A stretch of 47,048 nt of DNA from a bacterium (GCA_043718245.1 JAYSWB010000029.1:1-47048); one strand, 5' to 3'. Shown: positions 17,806-27,097, numbered from the stretch's first letter. A program made the numbers and translations. The notes: generated by a model not told the origin, from the letters alone.

Positions 17806-17936
17806 CGGCATCGGGGTTTCAATCCCCATTCAAAGACCCCTTCAATTTTCTACAATTGGGGGTCTTTTTCATAAACCATATATTTGAATTTAAGTTTTCT
17901 TGTAAAAGATAGCGCAAAATAGTAGATTATAAACAA

Positions 17937-18194
17937 ATGACGGACGCCGAACGCAAAATTCTCGCTGTTTTAGATGCTGTAAAAGCCCACTGGGATTTAC
18001 ACCCTAAACAAGGATACAACACCAGAGCTGGTAGCGGTTATAGTTATAGACATCAATCTGGTCAAATAGATATATCAACCCCTAAATTAGTAAGCGACAG
18101 CAAAATTGGTTTTGAGGAAATAACCCCTATTCTTCACAAGCTTGAAGAGGAGGGGTTGTTTAGGAAGGTTGAGATATTAAGTGAATATGAATAA
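17937..18194 (+). CDS. hypothetical small protein (element cargo)
   Basis: 85-aa ORF placed 2 nt before the next gene. Possible winged-helix-like ends (ERKILAVL, ILHKLEEEGLF). Confidence 0.4.
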   Translation: MTDAERKILAVLDAVKAHWDLHPKQGYNTRAGSGYSYRHQSGQIDISTPKLVSDSKIGFEEITPILHKLEEEGLFRKVEILSEYE

Positions 18195-18196
18195 TT

Positions 18197-19231
18197 ATGT
18201 CAATTATTAGAATTACATTGCCAGAGGATTTTGATGAACAATACAAAAAATATCGTGAGAAGTTTGATGATGATAAAATGCCTGACCCGTTCCTTGCAGA
18301 ACGACTTGCTACAGCACGAAAAGACTTGCTCTTAATCAATGACGAAGAAGAGTATCAGCACGAGGTTGATAAATGGAGGCCTCTTAAGCTTATAGTTGAT
18401 GCTATATACAAGGAACTTTCTCCTTTCGGAGAAAAGGCACAGAGTGTAAAAATTGACCTTTCTAAGCTCGGAATATCAGAAAATCAAGCCCGCTCAATAC
18501 TAATGATGCTTGTATACGAGCGGGCGTGTAGATGGAGAATAAACGAAAATTCGGCTGTAATATCAACCGCTCAAATTCGCGAGTATCTGGCTGGCAATGG
18601 AATAATAGTTCCTGATTATGAGAAACTTCAGGAATTGAAAAGAGAAATAAACGACTTCTATAAATTTATGGAGCTTAAAAAGGAAGAGAAATTTCCTAAA
18701 GTTAAGCCACCATTATTGTCAAAGGATTTTGATGGTATCAGGAAAGGTCAGACAAAAGCCCTGGAAAGTGCATTAGAAAAGGAAGCTTTAAAAAAGGAAA
18801 TCGTTAGTGAAGTTAAGAGAGTTGCTGTATGGGGCGGAGAGACAGTATCCAGTCTTCCACTAATTGATTACAACGATGCTACTGGTAAGGGAAAAGTTGT
18901 CGGGAAAAATAAATTTAAATTTAAAGATGGTAGTCCTGAATACAATGTTTTCAAAATCTTATATTCAAAATTGGGAAAGAAACCTGCCAAACTAGAACGG
19001 CTGGAGGTTTTAATAGCGGGAGGTTTCTACGAAGACCATCAACAAGAACTAGACCCTACCCGAAAAACTCTTGAGACCGCTTTTATAAATGAGATTGCAA
19101 AAAACATTAGGGAGAAAACTGGTCTCAATACCGATGAGCTAGTAAATAACAGTGGTAATTTAACTCTTTTAGCACTGAAACAAGATAAAAATCCACCAAA
19201 AGTCACCAAATATGTCCCAGTTTGGGGCTAA
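18197..19231 (+). CDS. hypothetical protein (element cargo)
   Basis: 344-aa ORF with no recognisable motif. Confidence 0.45.
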   Translation: MSIIRITLPEDFDEQYKKYREKFDDDKMPDPFLAERLATARKDLLLINDEEEYQHEVDKWRPLKLIVDAIYKELSPFGEKAQSVKIDLSKLGISENQARSILMMLVYERACRWRINENSAVISTAQIREYLAGNGIIVPDYEKLQELKREINDFYKFMELKKEEKFPKVKPPLLSKDFDGIRKGQTKALESALEKEALKKEIVSEVKRVAVWGGETVSSLPLIDYNDATGKGKVVGKNKFKFKDGSPEYNVFKILYSKLGKKPAKLERLEVLIAGGFYEDHQQELDPTRKTLETAFINEIAKNIREKTGLNTDELVNNSGNLTLLALKQDKNPPKVTKYVPVWG

Positions 19232-19258
19232 ATCACCCCAAATTACCTCTAAATTAAA

Positions 19259-19298
19259 AGCTTGCAAAAGAACATAATTTGGCAAGCTACTTTTTGTT
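19259..19298 (+). terminator. rho-independent terminator inside the element
   Basis: AGCTTGCAAAA-gaacataa-TTTGGCAAGCT (one mismatch), then acTTTTTGTTT. Confidence 0.6.
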
Positions 19299-19387
19299 TG
19301 GTTGACGCCTCAATCAAGTAAGTCCATTGCTTGCTTGGTCTAACCGAAGGCGTTCGGGTTGGGTCAAGCAAAGAGCGGGCTTGCAAA

Positions 19388-19561
19388 ATGCTCCCACAAG
19401 AAGCCATAGAAGAATACAAAAAGTTATACGAAAAACGTTTCGGCATAAAGCTTTCAGACGAGGAAGCGGCTTTTCGTGCTAACAACCTTGTGAAGCTATA
19501 TGTGGCGGTTTACGGGGTAGCTCCTGTAGAGGTAAATAAGAGCGCCAATGACCAAGTTTGA
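19388..19561 (+). CDS. small hypothetical protein
   Basis: I prefer the internal ATG at 19388 (MLPQEAIEEYKK...). The upstream part of the track ORF 19331..19561 is occupied by a long hairpin. Confidence 0.35.
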   Translation: MLPQEAIEEYKKLYEKRFGIKLSDEEAAFRANNLVKLYVAVYGVAPVEVNKSANDQV

Positions 19562-19958
19562 CCCCCGTAAAGTTTCTAAACATCAAGCATATACCATCAA
19601 GGAACTATCTGACCTTGTAAGTATGAGCCAGAAGACTTGCTGGAGGTGGATTGAACAGGGTTTGGCGACTGTGCCAGGAAGTCAGAAACCTATTCTGATA
19701 CGAGGAGATGAGGTTCAAAAGTTCATTAGAAATAAGAACTCTGGGGCAAAGGTGAAGATGAAGAGACACGAGTTCTATTGCTTCACCTGTAAGCATCCAA
19801 GACGAGCAAAACGGGGTTCAATCAGTATTTCGGGGAACACAAAAAGAGGTCTCTGTAGTGTTTGTAACGGGAAAATGTGCAAGACAATCCACCCTATCAA
19901 AAAGGACTATAAGATACCCCCAACTCCTATTCAAATGTCCATATTCGATTACATTTAA
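19548..19958 (+). CDS. excisionase-like HTH DNA-binding protein with C-terminal Zn ribbon
   Basis: YTIKELSDLVSMSQKTCWRWIEQGL...ILIRGDEVQKFI resembles Xis/MerR-type HTH. C-terminus has CFTC...CSVC. Confidence 0.5.
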   Translation: MTKFDPRKVSKHQAYTIKELSDLVSMSQKTCWRWIEQGLATVPGSQKPILIRGDEVQKFIRNKNSGAKVKMKRHEFYCFTCKHPRRAKRGSISISGNTKRGLCSVCNGKMCKTIHPIKKDYKIPPTPIQMSIFDYI

Positions 19959-19971
19959 TCTTTAACACAAA

Positions 19972-21063
19972 ATGACAAATTCAAATTACAAAAATGAGCA
20001 GATTAAGAGGCAGTTTCTTGAGCACTTGAAGGGTGCTAAAGGGTTTGCTGACGACTCGCTGGATAAACACGCAGAAGCTGTTTATCAATGGCAAGTTTTT
20101 AGCGAAGATGAGGACTTTTCAACCTTCACAAAAGAGAAGGCGACAAAGTTCTGCGAGTGGCTAAAAACCAGATATGCTAAGACCGAGTCAGGCACACTAT
20201 CTTTAGCCACCCAATACAATTATTTCCGCCGTATCAAGAAATTCTTTACCTGGCTTGCTGACCAACCCGATTACAGGAGGAGTATTAAGAAAACGGATGT
20301 AGATTTCTTGCGATTATCAAAAAAGGATGCCCGCATAGCTACCTCTGGCACGACCAAGAGGATACCAACTTTTGATGAAGCAAAAAAGATTATAGAAAGC
20401 ATAGGACGCGGTAATGAGATTGATATGAGAGATAGAGCTATTCTTAGTTTTGCTCTTATTACAGGAATGCGTATCTCGGCTATAGCAACTTTGAGAATAA
20501 AAAACTTTGATAGAGAGACAGAACTAATTGACCAGAACCCAGGCGATGGGGTTCAAACAAAAAACTCAAAGAAGATTTTAACAACTTTCTTTCCTATAGG
20601 TTGGGATGAACCCAGGAAGTTTTTCCTGGAGTGGTATGACCATCAACTAGAAAGAGGGGCACGAGCTGATGAACCAATTTTTCCTTCTACGATGAAAGGA
20701 TTTTCTGAAAAGAGCTACAGTAAAACACTTGTAAGTAATGATTTTTGGAGTAGTGCGGGAGGGGCAAGAAAGATTTTTGAGAAGCGGTGTATCAATGCTG
20801 GAGTGCCATACTTCCACCCTCACTCTTTTAGGCATCTTATTGTTTCGCTTATGAGTAAAACGAGATTAACAGAGGAGGAAAAGAAAGCTGTCAGTTTAAA
20901 TCTTGGGCACGATAATGTGGGCACTACTTTTGGTTCATATGGTTATGGAGGAATGAGTCCATTGGATGCCGTAGATATTGTTAAAAAGATTACTACGGCT
21001 AGTGATGGAGAATTTTCACCTGAAGAGAAAGCTCTCATACAGAAGCTCCTTAAAAAGCTTTAA
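19972..21063 (+). CDS. tyrosine recombinase / phage-type integrase
   Basis: Catalytic-domain motifs R (TGMRISAI), HPHSFRH, and LGH......T...YG with a terminal Tyr. Confidence 0.8.
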   Translation: MTNSNYKNEQIKRQFLEHLKGAKGFADDSLDKHAEAVYQWQVFSEDEDFSTFTKEKATKFCEWLKTRYAKTESGTLSLATQYNYFRRIKKFFTWLADQPDYRRSIKKTDVDFLRLSKKDARIATSGTTKRIPTFDEAKKIIESIGRGNEIDMRDRAILSFALITGMRISAIATLRIKNFDRETELIDQNPGDGVQTKNSKKILTTFFPIGWDEPRKFFLEWYDHQLERGARADEPIFPSTMKGFSEKSYSKTLVSNDFWSSAGGARKIFEKRCINAGVPYFHPHSFRHLIVSLMSKTRLTEEEKKAVSLNLGHDNVGTTFGSYGYGGMSPLDAVDIVKKITTASDGEFSPEEKALIQKLLKKL

Positions 21064-21065
21064 AA

Positions 21066-22694
21066 ATGCTAAAATATAAGCAAATGAACGCCAAAACTGA
21101 CACAAAACTTATATACGGGAATTACAACCGAAAATCAACTGAAAGCGAAGACCGCCAAATTCTTTCTCTTGGCTCACAGATTGAAGAAGCCAAAAAGATT
21201 GCAAATGATTTGGGAATAAAAATCGTTGATAATAATGTTTTTACCGAAGCCAAATCAGCAAAGACTGCTTACAAAAGAGCCCAGTTTGAAAGAATGTTTG
21301 GACTTATTGATAAGAAAGAAATAAACGCAATCGTAACCTGGCATCCTGACCGATTATCTAGAAACTCCATTGATGCTGCTCGTCTTATTGAGCAGATGGA
21401 TAAAGGAAATCTGATTGAGATTGTTACTCCTAGCCAAACTTATAGGAATACACCGATGGATAAGTTTATGCTTATGTTCCAGTGTATGCAGGCAAAGTTG
21501 GATAATGATAATAAAGGCATAAATGTAAAAAGAGGTTTACATACGAAAGCTGGATTGGGAATGTATCCAGGCCCTGTTCCAGTTGGTTACAAAAATGATA
21601 AATATGCAGAGAAAGGAAACAAAATTCCTTTGGTAGATGAAATAAATTTTCCTTTGGTCAGAAAAATGGTTGACCTTGCCCTTACAGGAACTTATCCTGT
21701 TGCACAGATATGGAGAATTGCTAGAAACGAATGGAACTTAACAATGCCGAACGGAAAGAAAATTAGCCGACCAACCGTTTACAGAATTTTTTCCAACCCC
21801 TTTTATTATGGTAGATATGAGTATCCTTTGGGAAGTGGAAACTGGTATGACGGAATACATACACCACTAATGAATGTAGATGAATACGATAAACTTCAAG
21901 TTATTTTAGGTAAGAAAGGTAAACCTCGCCCAAAATCTCACATCTTTGATTTCACAGGAATGATGTGTTGTGGAGAATGTGGAGCGGCTATTACAGCTGA
22001 AACAAAAATAAAGAAGCAGAAGAATGGAAATATCCATATTTATGTTTACTATCACTGCACCAAAAGAATAAATCCTAATTGCTCACAAGGGTCTATAAGA
22101 GAAGAGGATTTGAAAAAGCAAATTGTAGCTGAAATTGAAAGTATAGAAATACCTTCTGAATTTCATAGTTTTGCAATGAAGTGGTTTAGGAAAGAAAATG
22201 AGAAAGAAGTATCAAGCAGAAACTCTATTGTAAATAGCCAACAGAGGGGCTACAAGGCAATTCTAGCGAAGATTGACGGCTTAATGGATATGAGAGCAGC
22301 TGGAGAGATTTCGGCGGAAGAATTTGCAGAGAGGAAACCAAAGCTATTAGCTGAAAAGGCACAATACGAAAAGTTATTTAATGACACTGGTAAAAGAATT
22401 GATGGCTGGATTGAAACTGGCGATAGAATGTTTGATTTTATTGAAAACGCTAAAGATAAGTTTAAAAATGGAAAACCAGAGGTAAAACGGTCGATACTTT
22501 CAACTCTAGGTTCGAACCTCATCTTAAAAGACAAAATACTTAGTCTGGATATAGAAAAATCGCTCTTCCCATTGAAAAGAGTCTCAAAAACATTAACCGA
22601 TATAAAGAAGCGGTTAGAACCTCTAAATAGTGTTGATAAACAAAGAGACTTTGACCATTTGTGTAGTCAAAGTCTCATCGTGCGGAGGAGGTGA
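21066..22694 (+). CDS. large serine recombinase
   Basis: N-terminal resolvase domain (YNRKSTESEDRQ.SL..Q, VTWHPDRLSRN), a recombinase domain, and a Zn ribbon (CCGECG...YYHC) with a coiled-coil tail. Confidence 0.85.
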   Translation: MLKYKQMNAKTDTKLIYGNYNRKSTESEDRQILSLGSQIEEAKKIANDLGIKIVDNNVFTEAKSAKTAYKRAQFERMFGLIDKKEINAIVTWHPDRLSRNSIDAARLIEQMDKGNLIEIVTPSQTYRNTPMDKFMLMFQCMQAKLDNDNKGINVKRGLHTKAGLGMYPGPVPVGYKNDKYAEKGNKIPLVDEINFPLVRKMVDLALTGTYPVAQIWRIARNEWNLTMPNGKKISRPTVYRIFSNPFYYGRYEYPLGSGNWYDGIHTPLMNVDEYDKLQVILGKKGKPRPKSHIFDFTGMMCCGECGAAITAETKIKKQKNGNIHIYVYYHCTKRINPNCSQGSIREEDLKKQIVAEIESIEIPSEFHSFAMKWFRKENEKEVSSRNSIVNSQQRGYKAILAKIDGLMDMRAAGEISAEEFAERKPKLLAEKAQYEKLFNDTGKRIDGWIETGDRMFDFIENAKDKFKNGKPEVKRSILSTLGSNLILKDKILSLDIEKSLFPLKRVSKTLTDIKKRLEPLNSVDKQRDFDHLCSQSLIVRRR

Positions 22695-22769
22695 GATTCG
22701 AACTCACGGTCCCCTTGCGAGGACTACAGTTTTCAAGACTGTTGCGATCGACCACTCTGCCACTCCTCC
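22683..22769 (-). tRNA. tRNA-Ser (anticodon TGA), no CCA encoded
   Basis: GGAGGAG-TG-...-ACAGT-CTTGAAA-ACTGT, a long variable arm AGTCCTCGCAAGGGGACC, then GTGAG-TTCGAAT-CTCAC-CTCCTCC-G. The D-stem was not resolved by hand. Confidence 0.8.
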
Positions 22770-22818
22770 GCGAAACATCCTATCAAAAAACCTTCTCAAA
22801 TGCTAGTATTCTGGCTAT

Positions 22819-23226
22819 ATGGCAAGAGCAATTGGAATCGATTATGGAAAAAGAAGGGTAGGTATCGCAATGTCCGACCCTGATAAAAAAATTGCCTTTC
22901 CGCATTCTATTATCGAAAACGATGTAGAGCTTCCAATGATAATTTCGGAACTCTGCAAACAAAACGGTGTCGATTTGGTGGTAGTAGGGGAATCCAAAGA
23001 CTTCAACAATGTCGAAAATCCGATTATGAAGGATATTAAAAAGTTTGTAGAGAAGTTTAAAACCATATCAAATCTACCAATGGTCTACGAACCAGAAACT
23101 TTGTCCTCTCACCAAGTTTCAAAAATTCAAGAAAATAATGATAATGTGGATTCAGGTGCCGCTTCGATTATTTTACAAAGTTACTTAAATAGGCTTAAAT
23201 ATAAAAATGAACAAAATAACCTTTGA
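22819..23226 (+). CDS. ruvX: Holliday junction resolvase-like RuvX (YqgF)
   Basis: AIGIDYGKRRVGIAMSD N-terminus and the size are typical of YqgF/RuvX. Confidence 0.85.
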   Translation: MARAIGIDYGKRRVGIAMSDPDKKIAFPHSIIENDVELPMIISELCKQNGVDLVVVGESKDFNNVENPIMKDIKKFVEKFKTISNLPMVYEPETLSSHQVSKIQENNDNVDSGAASIILQSYLNRLKYKNEQNNL

Positions 23227-23527
23227 TGACTTTGCCAAAGTCGAGATAACAATTGGAAAGATTCTTTCCGCTGAACCTGTTGTAGGGTCTGAAAAGCTTT
23301 TAAAACTAGCAGTGGACTTTGCAGAACCCACCCCAAGACAAGTTATTTCAGGCATCGCTAAATTTTTTCCTGATTTAACTGTATTGATAAATCAAAATTT
23401 TCCATTCGTGACAAACCTTGAACCGCGCATGATTATGGGCCTTGAAAGTCAGGCTATGATTCTTGCCGCATCGACTGCACTTTTGAAACCCACAGCAGAC
23501 ATTCCCGCTGGTACAAGAATTTCGTAA
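23207..23527 (+). CDS. tRNA-binding domain protein (CsaA/EMAP-like)
   Basis: F.KVEI.IGKIL.AE.V.GSEKLLKL.VDF.......QV.SGIAKFF. Confidence 0.75.
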   Translation: MNKITFDDFAKVEITIGKILSAEPVVGSEKLLKLAVDFAEPTPRQVISGIAKFFPDLTVLINQNFPFVTNLEPRMIMGLESQAMILAASTALLKPTADIPAGTRIS

Positions 23528-23600
23528 AAATGTTATAATCGAGAGCATGAAGCTCTCTGTAAGATTACTCACATATTTTCCAACTCCATATTTTCTTGAC

Positions 23601-24650
23601 ATGTCGCATGTTGGCTTGGACATTACCCCTTCATCTATCAAGTATATAGAACTAACCAAGGCCCCGGGTCATTTAAAAATCAGCAAATATGGCAGTCATC
23701 AGCTGGCTAAACCCATAGTCTTTGATGAAAATCTTGTAAACAATAAAGACCTCCAAGACGCCCTGACAGAGATTCAAAAAACCCAAAAAATTTCTTTTGT
23801 CGAAGTTTCCATTCCAGAGGTAAAGTCATATTTATACACAACCGAAGTACCAGAGGGGGATGATGACAGTATCAGGGCAAATGTGGAAATGCATTTGGAA
23901 GAAAATGTTCCCTTAATATTAAGTGAGGCGATATTTGAATTCTTTCCAATTCGTAGTAATAAAGCGACAAAGACATTGACTGTTGCGGTGTCGGTCGTGC
24001 CGTATCAAATTGTAAGGGATTATACGACTATCCTTGAAAAATCAGGCATGACACCGATTTCTTTTTTGCTTGAAAATCAAGCGCTTGCTCGTGCTGTGAT
24101 AAACTACGATGATACATCCGACTATCTACTTGTTCAAATTTCTGAAAAGCGTACAGTGCTATCAATTGTTTCCAATCATGCCTTGCAGTTTACCTCCTCA
24201 GTTCCAATTGGGTCCGCTGACTTTACAGATGGATTAATGCGAGAGTACAACATTAATGTAGAAGAAGCAGAAAAGATGAAAACTAATCCCGATTATGAAA
24301 ATGTTGATCTGGATAATAACAAATTATTCGCGGGTATGATAAATGGATTTTCGGCAATCAAGGATGAAACGCAGAGAGTGATCGTGTACTGGCAGTCTTT
24401 GCAGGACAAAATCCGAATAAATGGAGAAAAAAATGCTACTTCTATTAAAAAAATTATTCTATCGGGGCATGACGCACTTTTACCTGGGCTTAAGGATTAC
24501 TTTTCTTCGAGCTTGAACATAGAAGTTGAGGTTGCGAATGTTTGGCAGAATGTTTTAAATTTGAAAGATACGGTGCCAGATATCAAGTTTAATGATTCTT
24601 TGGATTTTGGTATTGCTATTGGTTTAGCTCTGCCGAAACATAGATATTAA
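23601..24650 (+). CDS. pilM: type IV pilus assembly protein PilM
   Basis: Actin-like ATPase fold beginning VGLDITPSSIKYIEL. It is followed by PilN/O-like genes and lies near a pilin gene. The ATG at 23601 is preferred over the track start at 23547. Confidence 0.75.
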   Translation: MSHVGLDITPSSIKYIELTKAPGHLKISKYGSHQLAKPIVFDENLVNNKDLQDALTEIQKTQKISFVEVSIPEVKSYLYTTEVPEGDDDSIRANVEMHLEENVPLILSEAIFEFFPIRSNKATKTLTVAVSVVPYQIVRDYTTILEKSGMTPISFLLENQALARAVINYDDTSDYLLVQISEKRTVLSIVSNHALQFTSSVPIGSADFTDGLMREYNINVEEAEKMKTNPDYENVDLDNNKLFAGMINGFSAIKDETQRVIVYWQSLQDKIRINGEKNATSIKKIILSGHDALLPGLKDYFSSSLNIEVEVANVWQNVLNLKDTVPDIKFNDSLDFGIAIGLALPKHRY

Positions 24651-24661
24651 TCTTCAAAAAA

Positions 24662-25210
24662 ATGCTCTATCTCTTAACCCAAGAACAAAAGAAAAAAATC
24701 TTACGAGAATACAGGATGCGCTTGGGGGTTGTTGCCTTGGTTTCACTTTCAGCTGTCGGAGTGATCGGCTTAGTCTCAATTCTCCCCTCAAAAGTAATCG
24801 TATCAGCACGAGAAAATATCCTAAGTTTACAGAAAACAAATGTCGAGGGGCAATCTACTACAAATGTGGACGAACTGTCTAAAAAGATTGCAAATATTTC
24901 AAACATTGCATCGTTCCTAGCTCCTCTAAGCCAGTCAGTGTCCGCTGTGGATCTTTTTTCTAGACTAGAGGGGGAGGCAGGTAGAGATACAATCATCAAG
25001 CAGTTTCAAATCAACCATTTTGATGAAAATTTATCCATCCAAATCAGTGGGACTTCAAAAAACAGAGAGACCCTTGTAAAATTTATCAACACCTTAAAGC
25101 AGGACCCAGCTCTAAGCGGAGCGATTTTCCCATATAACAGTTTGGCAAAGCAGGATAATTTGGAGTTTAACCTTAATCTCTTGATTGATCTTGATAAATT
25201 AAACACATGA
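24662..25210 (+). CDS. PilN-like bitopic pilus assembly protein
   Basis: Short cytoplasmic N-terminus, one TM segment (VVALVSLSAVGVIGLVSIL), and its position after pilM. Confidence 0.5.
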   Translation: MLYLLTQEQKKKILREYRMRLGVVALVSLSAVGVIGLVSILPSKVIVSARENILSLQKTNVEGQSTTNVDELSKKIANISNIASFLAPLSQSVSAVDLFSRLEGEAGRDTIIKQFQINHFDENLSIQISGTSKNRETLVKFINTLKQDPALSGAIFPYNSLAKQDNLEFNLNLLIDLDKLNT

Positions 25211-25752
25211 AAAAAAGAACTCTAAATCTTTTAATACTAAATCTGATCATTGCCGTCTCTATCTGGAGTTTGTATTTTTATTTTATTCGTCACATAAAAA
25301 TAGCGAATGATGCGTTGGGGGATATAAGGTATAAAGTTGTTTTTGCAATGAAGAAGGAGCAGGCAATTGCAAATCTTAAAAATAGAGTACAGGATAATTT
25401 TAAAGACGGGTTGGATCTAAACGAATTCTTGATACGAGGAGATGAGACCGCAGAGATTGTACAGAAAATCGAAGGTTTTGGACCAATTAGTGGAACAAGG
25501 ATTGAGACAAAATCAGTAGCTATTGAACCCGCAACGGAGATGCCAGAAGGTGTAGAGTTCGTCAGAATTATGGCGAACATCGACGGTACAAAAACCAGTG
25601 TTCTAAAGAGTATCCAGCTGATTGAGGGTCTACCATATAACATAAAAATAAATAAAATATCTTTGGTTCGATCCGGGGATGCATCATCAACGGTGAAATG
25701 GACTACGGATATAGATCTCGTTTTGGTAAAATTAAAAGAAGCTCAAAACTAA
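25207..25752 (+). CDS. PilO-like bitopic protein
   Basis: One TM segment (LLILNLIIAVSIWSLYFYFI). 4-nt overlap with the previous gene. The call rests on context only. Confidence 0.4.
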   Translation: MKKRTLNLLILNLIIAVSIWSLYFYFIRHIKIANDALGDIRYKVVFAMKKEQAIANLKNRVQDNFKDGLDLNEFLIRGDETAEIVQKIEGFGPISGTRIETKSVAIEPATEMPEGVEFVRIMANIDGTKTSVLKSIQLIEGLPYNIKINKISLVRSGDASSTVKWTTDIDLVLVKLKEAQN

Positions 25753-25756
25753 ACTT

Positions 25757-26053
25757 ATGAAACTTTTTAAAAAAGAACTATACATAATCGGTAATAGGCC
25801 ACAGACAGACTGGAGGAGGATTTTCACGACTGCTATGGTATTGGCCATCGGAATTTCTGTGTACGGTGTAGTTTTTTATCGCGATATTTCATTTAAAAGC
25901 AAAGACGTGGAAACACCCGTGGTAATCGGGGAAGCGGTATCAAATCAACCTGTCAGTAAAGATTCAAAATTGGAGCTTAATCAGGTGATTGAACTGTATT
26001 TACAGAAAAAAGAGCGCTTTGAAAAATTAGTGAGTGAGTTGAAGAATTCGTAG
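25757..26053 (+). CDS. small hypothetical membrane protein
   Basis: 98-aa ORF with one TM segment, last gene of the pilM cluster. Confidence 0.35.
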   Translation: MKLFKKELYIIGNRPQTDWRRIFTTAMVLAIGISVYGVVFYRDISFKSKDVETPVVIGEAVSNQPVSKDSKLELNQVIELYLQKKERFEKLVSELKNS

Positions 26054-26133
26054 GATTAAGGTATCGTAAGAATGCAGATTGAATTAGAGACAGTGTGGAT
26101 TTTAGGGTTAGAGTTTCGTAGTATAATCCCTAT

Positions 26134-26445
26134 ATGCCATACAAATACAAAGAAGATCTGTATAGAGCCCAAATGAGGCATCGTATAAAAATAAGAGCAG
26201 AATTGTTTACCTATTTATCCACAAAATCTTGCATTGATTGTGGAGAAAATAATCCGATAGTTTTAGAGTTTGACCACACTGATAGTGATTTGAAATTTAA
26301 ATCAATCTCTAAAATGTTGTCAGGACATTATTCGTGGAAGTCGGTTCAAGAAGAAATTAAAAAGTGCCAAATACTTTGTGCAAATTGTCATCGGCTTAAG
26401 ACATATGCACAATTCGGTTTTTTTGGCAGAAGCAAGCCCTTGTAG
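26134..26445 (+). CDS. HNH endonuclease
   Basis: CIDCGE....LEFDH........K.........CANCH is an HNH/Zn-finger pattern. Confidence 0.65.
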   Translation: MPYKYKEDLYRAQMRHRIKIRAELFTYLSTKSCIDCGENNPIVLEFDHTDSDLKFKSISKMLSGHYSWKSVQEEIKKCQILCANCHRLKTYAQFGFFGRSKPL

Positions 26446-26507
26446 TTAAATGGATATAACAGCGGACTTCTAAGCCGTTATTCGAGGTTCGATTCCTCGC
26501 GAGGGCA
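26436..26507 (+). tRNA. tRNA-Arg (anticodon TCT)
   Basis: GCCCTTG-TA-GTTA-AATGGATA-TAAC-A-GCGGA-CTTCTAA-GCCGT-TATT-CGAGG-TTCGATT-CCTCG-CGAGGGC-A. One 31:39 mismatch. The 5' 10 nt overlap the HNH ORF end. Confidence 0.75.
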
Positions 26508-26518
26508 CAAAATTTAAA

Positions 26519-26941
26519 CTATCCACAAGTCGTGGTACTTGCAATTGAAGTAGACTTTTCTTTAGAAGACCCCGCTTTATCCACACACCAATATGTAGTC
26601 GAGGAAGCCAGACTTCCTTGTACCGCCCAACCTGTTGCGCCACTGTTACATATTAAAATAGTACCGGTGGGGTAGTTTGCGACATTGGTTAAAGCCGACA
26701 TTCCAGATGATGTGTCAGAAAACATACCTCCGGTGCAAGAAAAAGTTGAAGCTCCATAGTTTCCATTGCTTATGTAATAGAGCTCCGCGCTTTCACGAAT
26801 ACTCGAAAGTTGTGACTGAACTTTTGCATCATCGGCGTTTTTTCTAGTTTGACCAAGGCTGGAAATAACCACTGATGAGAGGATTCCGATAATCGCAATT
26901 ACGATCAGAAGTTCAACAAGAGTGAAACCTTTATTTTTCAT
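26519..26941 (-). CDS. type IV pilin (prepilin with N-terminal methylation motif)
   Basis: MKNKGFTLVELLIVIAIIGILSSVV is the class III signal peptide / N-methylation site. Confidence 0.85.
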   Translation of the reverse strand: MKNKGFTLVELLIVIAIIGILSSVVISSLGQTRKNADDAKVQSQLSSIRESAELYYISNGNYGASTFSCTGGMFSDTSSGMSALTNVANYPTGTILICNSGATGWAVQGSLASSTTYWCVDKAGSSKEKSTSIASTTTCG

Positions 26942-27024
26942 ATGTCAAAAATTATAACATATTGTGATGGGTGTCGCTGTGTGCGGCATCCACACAAATT
27001 ATAGTCGCTTCGCTCGTTAATTTG

Positions 27025-27097
27025 TGGGAGATACAGGACTCGAACCTGTGACCTTCTCAGTGTAAATGAGTTGCTCTACCAACTGAGCTAATCTCCC
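27025..27097 (-). tRNA. tRNA-Val (anticodon TAC)
   Basis: GGGAGAT-TA-GCTC-AGTTGGTA-GAGC-A-ACTCA-TTTACAC-TGAGA-AGGTC-ACAGG-TTCGAGT-CCTGT-ATCTCCC-A. Confidence 0.85.

Larger units (their letters stand above)
17937..22694 (+). mobile_element. integrative element next to tRNA-Ser (left boundary uncertain)
   Basis: Co-oriented compact module of orphan genes, an Xis-like HTH protein, a tyrosine recombinase and a large serine recombinase. The last 12 nt of the last gene lie inside the 3' end of tRNA-Ser. Confidence 0.55.

Noticed and set aside
17533-17887. ORFs 17537..17887 (+) and 17533..17829 (-) overlapping the receiver-domain gene
   Set aside because: These are Arg/Ser-rich shadow frames in GC-richer DNA. 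The receiver-domain frame has a recognisable fold pattern.
22683-22694. Direct-repeat copy of the tRNA-Ser 3' end marking the far (left) end of the integrative element
   Set aside because: I searched 15000..18000 by eye for GAGGAGGTGAGATTCGAAC-like sequence and found none. The left boundary therefore remains undefined rather than called.
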